DNA of 64,000 nt from Candidatus Kerfeldbacteria bacterium (GTDB lineage: Bacteria; Patescibacteriota; Patescibacteriia; SBBC01), in contig JACQPY010000018.1 of assembly GCA_016207275.1 (NCBI GenBank), forward strand, positions 23,960-87,959, read 5' to 3'. The notes below the pieces were generated by a model, which was not told where the DNA came from, made no database searches, and worked only from the letters and a program-made list of their open reading frames with translations. A program made the translations under genes and the position numbers. This document shows, piece after piece, positions 59,360-64,000 of this stretch; positions within the stretch are counted from its first letter, which is position 1, and every line of letters begins with the position of its first letter.

Positions 59360-59471
59360 GAAGATTGTCCTTTCATAAACAACAGACTTGGCTCGAGCCA
59401 AGTTCGTGTACCGCAGGACAACCTGCGCCAAGCTTAGCGCGAGCCAAAGTGCGGACCCTTGAATGGGTGCA

Positions 59472-59580
59472 TAGACGAGATCGGGCTCACCCCTCCCCTT
59501 CGACCTCCCCAAGGGGAGGGGTCGGGGGTGGGGTCTACCGTTGCGCGACAGCGCTGGAGTTACACCAGCTTCACCGTCTA
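59472..59580 (-). ncRNA. Cobalamin riboswitch upstream of nrdB-nrdA, with a palindromic insert at P6
   Basis: TAGACGGTGAAGCTGGTGTAACTCCAGCGCTGTCGCGCAACGGTA[ins]GAGCCCGATCTCGTCTA; terminator gaacttggctcgagccaagtc-tgttgttt at ~59377-59404. Confidence 0.82.
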
Positions 59581-59627
59581 ACCGCTTCGATTTGTTAAAG
59601 TTACCTAACCGCTAAACCAGGCAAACC

Positions 59628-62036
59628 TCAGCCGCACTTCGAAAATCCGCAATTGTGGCACTTCATGCAGCCTTCGGCGATTTCCAGCATCGTGCCGCAG
59701 TCCGGGCAAGCCGGAGCATAGCCGGCGTTAGCCAAAGACTCTTTTTTCGTCCCATTAGTCACGATCGTCGGAGTCGAATTTCCGTTCAGTCCGAGTTCAA
59801 GCTTTTGCTGATTGCGGTTAACGTGCTTTTCAATCACCTTGCCGATGGCGTCTGGGAGCGACAGAATCTGTCCGCCGTCGTGCCAGGACACGTCCGGCCC
59901 GCGGATCCCTTTGATCTGGTCAACGATTTCTTTCGGCGAAATGCCGGAGCGGAGAGACAGTGAAATCAAACGGCAGATCGATTCAGACTGGGCCGCAAAG
60001 AACCCGCCGTTTTTGCCGATGGTGGCGAAGACCTCAAACGGCCGACCCTGTTCGTCGTCATTGACAGTGATGTAGAGTGAGCCATATGGCGTGTTCACTT
60101 TGTAGGTGGTGCCCTTCAAGTGCTCAGGCCGCTCTCGTGGACCGAAACCATTGGCGGTCTCAACTACTGGCGTCGGTTTAACCTGTCCATTGAGCACCGT
60201 TTTGCCAGTAGTCAGCACTTGTTCGTCCCGGGAGCCGTCGCGGAAGATGGTTACGCCCTTGCAGCCAAGGTCGTAGGCCAGGTCGTACACTTTCCGGACG
60301 TCTTCCTCAGTTGCTTCGTGCGGGAAGTTGACGGTCTTGGAAATCGAGTTGTCGACGTGTTCCTGGAAGGCGGCTTGCATCCGGACGTGGTCTGCCGGCG
60401 TACAGTCAGCCGCGGTCACGAACACCTTCTTCCATTTGTCCGGTACTTCGTCGAACTTCTGGATTGAGCCTTCATAGGCAATTCGTTCCATCAGCTCGGC
60501 CGAGTACCAGCCTTCGCGCTTGGCGATCTCTTCGAATTTAGGGTGGACGTAGACGAGCGCCGTGCCGTCCATGACCGTTTTGGTGAAGACCACGGCGAAC
60601 AACGGCTCGAGCCCTGAGCTGCAGTCAGCAATCATCGAGATCGTGCCGGTCGGCGCGACCGTCGTCCGAGCGACGTTGCGCATCGGCAGACCCTGCTTCT
60701 CAAACTCAGAACCGACGTAGTTCGGGAAATTGCCGCGCGTCTTCGCCAGTTCGGCTGACGCCCGAGTGGCCTCATCATTGATGAACTTCATCACCTTGCC
60801 GGCCATGTCTAAACCGGCCTTCGAATTGTACGGAATCTCCAGCTCGATCAGCACGTCGGCAAAACCCATCACGCCTAAGCCGATGCGACGGTTAGTCAAC
60901 GTCTTTTCGGCAATCTGGGCGACCGGGAAACGATTCATGTCGATCACGTTGTCCAGAAAGTGAACCGTTTCCACTGTCACCTTCTTCAGCCGGGGCCAAT
61001 CAACGCTGGCCTTGCCGGTCTTGGTCCGCTTGACGAAGTGGCCGAGGTTGATTGAACCCAAGTTGCAGGAATCGTAGCCGGCCAGCCACTGCTCGCCGCA
61101 GGGGTTGGTGGCTTCGAGCGTTTCCACATGTCGGGCCGGGTTGGTGGCGTTCGCCCGGTCGATGAACAGGACACCGGGATCGCCGGTCAGCCAAGCGTGG
61201 TGGACAAGTAAGTTCCAGACTTTACGGGGATCGAGCTGACCGGTGACCTGGCCATTGTGCGGCGCCACCAAATCGTACTGCTTCCCGGCCTGGAGGGCGT
61301 CCATGAATTTTTCGGTCACCGCCACCGAGATGTTGAAGTTCCGCATTTCGTTCAGATCTTCCTTGATCTTGATAAACTCAAGGATGTCGGGGTGGTCGAC
61401 CCGCAGCACGCCCATGTTGGCACCGCGTCGGGTGCCGCCCTGCTTGACGATGTCGGTGGCCGTATTGAAAATGCGCATGAACGAGACCGGTCCCGAAGCC
61501 ACGCCGTGCGTGGTCTTAACCAAGCTGCCCTTGGGGCGCAGGCGGGAAAAGGAAAAGCCAGTCCCGCCGCCGGACTGGTGGATGATCGCCTGGTGCTTGA
61601 GCGTTTCGAAAATGCCCTCGATCGAGTCCTCGACCGGCAAGACAAAGCAGGCCGAGAGCTGTTGGAAGTCGCGACCAGCGTTCATTAAGCAGGGCGAATT
61701 GGGTAAGAAATCGCGGCTGGCAATCAGCCGAAAGAACTGCTCCTCGAGCTTGACCACCTTGGTCGGCGTCGTTCCGTACGTGGCATCGGCCTGGGCGATG
61801 TTGTTGGCCACCCGCCGGAACATGTCGACTGGCCGCTCCGCTGGTTTGCCGTCTTTCTTCTTCAGATATCGCTTTTCCAGGACCGTAATGGCGTTGGCGC
61901 TCATGTTGTCGAGGAGCGCGTCGTCGTCCTGACGCTTTCGTCCGTCAACCAGGGCGTCGGTAATAATCTCCTTAAGTTTTTGCTGGTCGATCGGCTGCTG
62001 CTGAACGAGCTTGCGTGGATGGACGGAACCGTTCAT
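59628..62036 (-). CDS. nrdJ: Class II (AdoCbl-dependent) ribonucleotide reductase
   Basis: FLPNSP, LSACFV, GGGTG, TNPCGEQ, CNLGS, APTGT, TSCPD domain, C-terminal CPDCG..C..CGFSKCG. Confidence 0.96.
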   Translation of the reverse strand: MNGSVHPRKLVQQQPIDQQKLKEIITDALVDGRKRQDDDALLDNMSANAITVLEKRYLKKKDGKPAERPVDMFRRVANNIAQADATYGTTPTKVVKLEEQFFRLIASRDFLPNSPCLMNAGRDFQQLSACFVLPVEDSIEGIFETLKHQAIIHQSGGGTGFSFSRLRPKGSLVKTTHGVASGPVSFMRIFNTATDIVKQGGTRRGANMGVLRVDHPDILEFIKIKEDLNEMRNFNISVAVTEKFMDALQAGKQYDLVAPHNGQVTGQLDPRKVWNLLVHHAWLTGDPGVLFIDRANATNPARHVETLEATNPCGEQWLAGYDSCNLGSINLGHFVKRTKTGKASVDWPRLKKVTVETVHFLDNVIDMNRFPVAQIAEKTLTNRRIGLGVMGFADVLIELEIPYNSKAGLDMAGKVMKFINDEATRASAELAKTRGNFPNYVGSEFEKQGLPMRNVARTTVAPTGTISMIADCSSGLEPLFAVVFTKTVMDGTALVYVHPKFEEIAKREGWYSAELMERIAYEGSIQKFDEVPDKWKKVFVTAADCTPADHVRMQAAFQEHVDNSISKTVNFPHEATEEDVRKVYDLAYDLGCKGVTIFRDGSRDEQVLTTGKTVLNGQVKPTPVVETANGFGPRERPEHLKGTTYKVNTPYGSLYITVNDDEQGRPFEVFATIGKNGGFFAAQSESICRLISLSLRSGISPKEIVDQIKGIRGPDVSWHDGGQILSLPDAIGKVIEKHVNRNQQKLELGLNGNSTPTIVTNGTKKESLANAGYAPACPDCGTMLEIAEGCMKCHNCGFSKCG

Positions 62037-62059
62037 ACGGGTGGTGATGCGAAATGTGG

Positions 62060-62587
62060 TTATGACTTTTTGAAACGCGACTTGTTCGATCGGCGCCGAC
62101 CGCGCTGGCCACCCCGCCACTGGCGGGGAGTCCCGCCGGGGGCGGGAAAGGACTTAAGTTCCTCCCAGAAACTCTCGGCGTCCGTGAAAGACCGGTAAAC
62201 GGAGGCGAAGCGAATGTAGGCCACGGGATCGGCCCGTTTCAACCGCTTCATGACGATTTCACCGATCTGCTCCGAGGTGATTTCGTTTCGGCCCCGCAAT
62301 TGGATGTCCCGCTCAACGATATTGACCAGGCGCTTGAAGCTGTCGTGGGTAATCGGCCGCTTTTCCAGCGCTTTCTTCAGGCCGGCTTCCAGCTTCTCGC
62401 GACTGTAGGGCTCTCGCCGGCCGTCGCGCTTAACGACGGTGAGGTTGAGAATTTCAACCTCTTCGTAGGTAGAAAAGCGGAAACCGCACTGCAGACACTC
62501 CCGGCGGCGGCGGACAGCCACCCCTTCGTTGACCAGGCGCGAATCGGTTACTTTGGTGTCAATGTTATGGCACGCGGGACAGCGCAT
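62060..62587 (-). CDS. nrdR: Transcriptional repressor NrdR
   Basis: MRCPAC..KVTDSR..RRRREC..CGFRFSTYE, VAYIRFASVY. Confidence 0.97.
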   Translation of the reverse strand: MRCPACHNIDTKVTDSRLVNEGVAVRRRRECLQCGFRFSTYEEVEILNLTVVKRDGRREPYSREKLEAGLKKALEKRPITHDSFKRLVNIVERDIQLRGRNEITSEQIGEIVMKRLKRADPVAYIRFASVYRSFTDAESFWEELKSFPAPGGTPRQWRGGQRGRRRSNKSRFKKS

Positions 62588-62675
62588 CGGCGCTCCTTTA
62601 GACGGTCGGTGAGGCCGGTCGACGGCATAAAATCTGCCCACCCGCCAGTTCCGACACCCTACCAAACCTCCATTC

Positions 62676-62724
62676 CTACAATATCTTGTGCCTCTACCGG
62701 GTAGTATACTACTAAATATGGGGT
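62676..62724. promoter_or_regulatory. Tandem NrdR boxes upstream of nrdR-nrdJ
   Basis: ctACAATATCTTGTgc and ctACTAAATATGGGgt, 33 nt apart. Confidence 0.7.
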
Positions 62725-62882
62725 CGGTCAAGAACCACGCCCGCGTCTTCGGCGGGTTTTGTATCCGCCACTCGGAAAAAACAACAGCCCGTTCATCATA
62801 AACCTTCTGGCCCTCTCTGTCCTGTGGATAAAACAGCTATCAGCGCCTAGCCGCTAGCTTTCAGCCGCCTGCTGCTGGCCGC

Positions 62883-64000
62883 TTACATCATCTTTTTCCG
62901 AATAAACGCCGGAATTTCGAGGTCTTCTTCCGCCTTAGTCTTTTCCGGAACCTTAGGAGCAGGCTCCGAGAGTGACGGTACTGGGGCTGATCGGGTAACG
63001 GTTGCCGGGGCAGACGGAACCGAACCAAAACCGCTCACTTCCGGCTGGCCAAAACTCATCGGTGCCTGAACCGTGACCCGGCGAGCCGCTGGTCGGGTAT
63101 CCCCCTTGCCAAAACCCGTGGCAATCACGGTAATCTTGACTTCGTCTTTTAATTCTGGGTCAACCACCGCCCCAAAAATGATTTTGGCGTTAGCGTCGGC
63201 TGAACTGGTGATCACCCGGGCGGCCTCGTTGACCTCATGCATGCCCAGGTTCTCGCCGCCGGTGACCGTAAACAGAATGCCTTTGGCACCGTCAATCGAC
63301 AGCTCCAGCAGCGGCGAGTCAATGGCCGCCTTGGCGGCGTCGACCGCGCGATTCTCGCCGGTGGCCTGACCAATACCCATCAGGGCCGAGCCTTGGTTCT
63401 CCATGATCGCTTTGACGTCAGCGAAGTCGACGTTGATTAATCCGGGGACGGTGATCAACTCCGCGATTCCCTGCACGCCCTGCCGAAGCACGTCATCGAC
63501 CGTGTCAAAAGCATCAAGCAATGATGTCTTCTTGTCGATTATCTGCAAGAGCCGGTCATTGGGTATGGTAATAATGGTGTCAACCTTGTCGCGCAACTCG
63601 ACAAAACCTTGCTCCGAAATCTGTCGACGCTGGGCACCCTCGAAGCTGAACGGTTTAGTCACCACCCCGACGGTCAAGGCACCAACATCCTTGGCGATCT
63701 CGGCCACGATTGGGGCAGCCCCGGTGCCGGTCCCGCCTCCCAAGCCACAGGTAATAAAAACCATATCGCTACCTTTAAAGTTGTCGTGGATTTCATCAGC
63801 GTTTTCTTCGGCCGCTTTCCGACCAAGCTCGGCATCCATACCGGTACCCAAACCACGCGTCGTCGTCTTACCAATGTGAATCTTATGCGGGGCGGCGTTG
63901 TGGTGTAGCGCCTGGGCATCGGTGTTGATTGCGACAAAATCGATGCCGCGAATCTTCGAGCGCATCATCCGATTGATGGCCGAACCGCCGGAGCCGCCGA
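62883..64000 (-). CDS. ftsZ: Cell division protein FtsZ (5' end beyond the window)
   Basis: INTDAQAL, GGGTGTG, INVDFAD, C-terminal EIPAFIRK. Confidence 0.98.
   Translation of the reverse strand, partial: GGSGGSAINRMMRSKIRGIDFVAINTDAQALHHNAAPHKIHIGKTTTRGLGTGMDAELGRKAAEENADEIHDNFKGSDMVFITCGLGGGTGTGAAPIVAEIAKDVGALTVGVVTKPFSFEGAQRRQISEQGFVELRDKVDTIITIPNDRLLQIIDKKTSLLDAFDTVDDVLRQGVQGIAELITVPGLINVDFADVKAIMENQGSALMGIGQATGENRAVDAAKAAIDSPLLELSIDGAKGILFTVTGGENLGMHEVNEAARVITSSADANAKIIFGAVVDPELKDEVKITVIATGFGKGDTRPAARRVTVQAPMSFGQPEVSGFGSVPSAPATVTRSAPVPSLSEPAPKVPEKTKAEEDLEIPAFIRKKMM

Noticed and set aside
59360-59512. N-terminal extension of NrdB in the ORF track
   Set aside because: It overlaps the riboswitch and terminator; SD plus GTG at 59359 fits the ATP-cone start.

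Overview
This is a 64-kb bacterial chromosome segment that looks like Patescibacteria/CPR. That assignment is an inference from the split comEC, the IleRS with a histidine-phosphatase insert, pilin-like anchored surface proteins, SD-less housekeeping genes and a tmRNA with a degenerate elbow. The genetic code is standard 11, since prfB is present. Core genes are recO, ileS, argS, smpB-ssrA, infC-rpmI-rplT, tRNA-Asp, malQ, comEC, glmS, prfB, htrA, cobO, nrdR-nrdJ, nrdB-nrdA under a B12 riboswitch, and ftsZ. Accessory pieces are a low-GC island after tRNA-Asp, a decayed RM locus, hicBA, two DUF559 genes, a GIY-YIG gene and a four-helix-bundle gene. The most striking signal is a recurring pattern of gene-end replacement linked to small hairpin (REP-like) elements. 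(1) Upstream of prfB lie three divergent, displaced copies of the RF2 first reading frame. Each is cut after exactly 21 codons at the CTT-TGA frameshift site, capped by a hairpin, and stops 4-8 nt before the next start. (2) cobO has the same displaced N-terminus, hairpin and coupled stop. (3) An intact tRNA-Asp is nested inside the anticodon loop of another tRNA-Asp, followed by a third hairpin-riddled 3' half. (4) hicBA and one DUF559 gene sit between divergent duplicates of a gene 3' end and a promoter, respectively. The same hairpin families also sit in frame inside IleRS, an ArnT-like protein, NrdR and agmatinase, and inside both cobalamin riboswitches. All calls come from reading the sequence by eye; no database searches were run.
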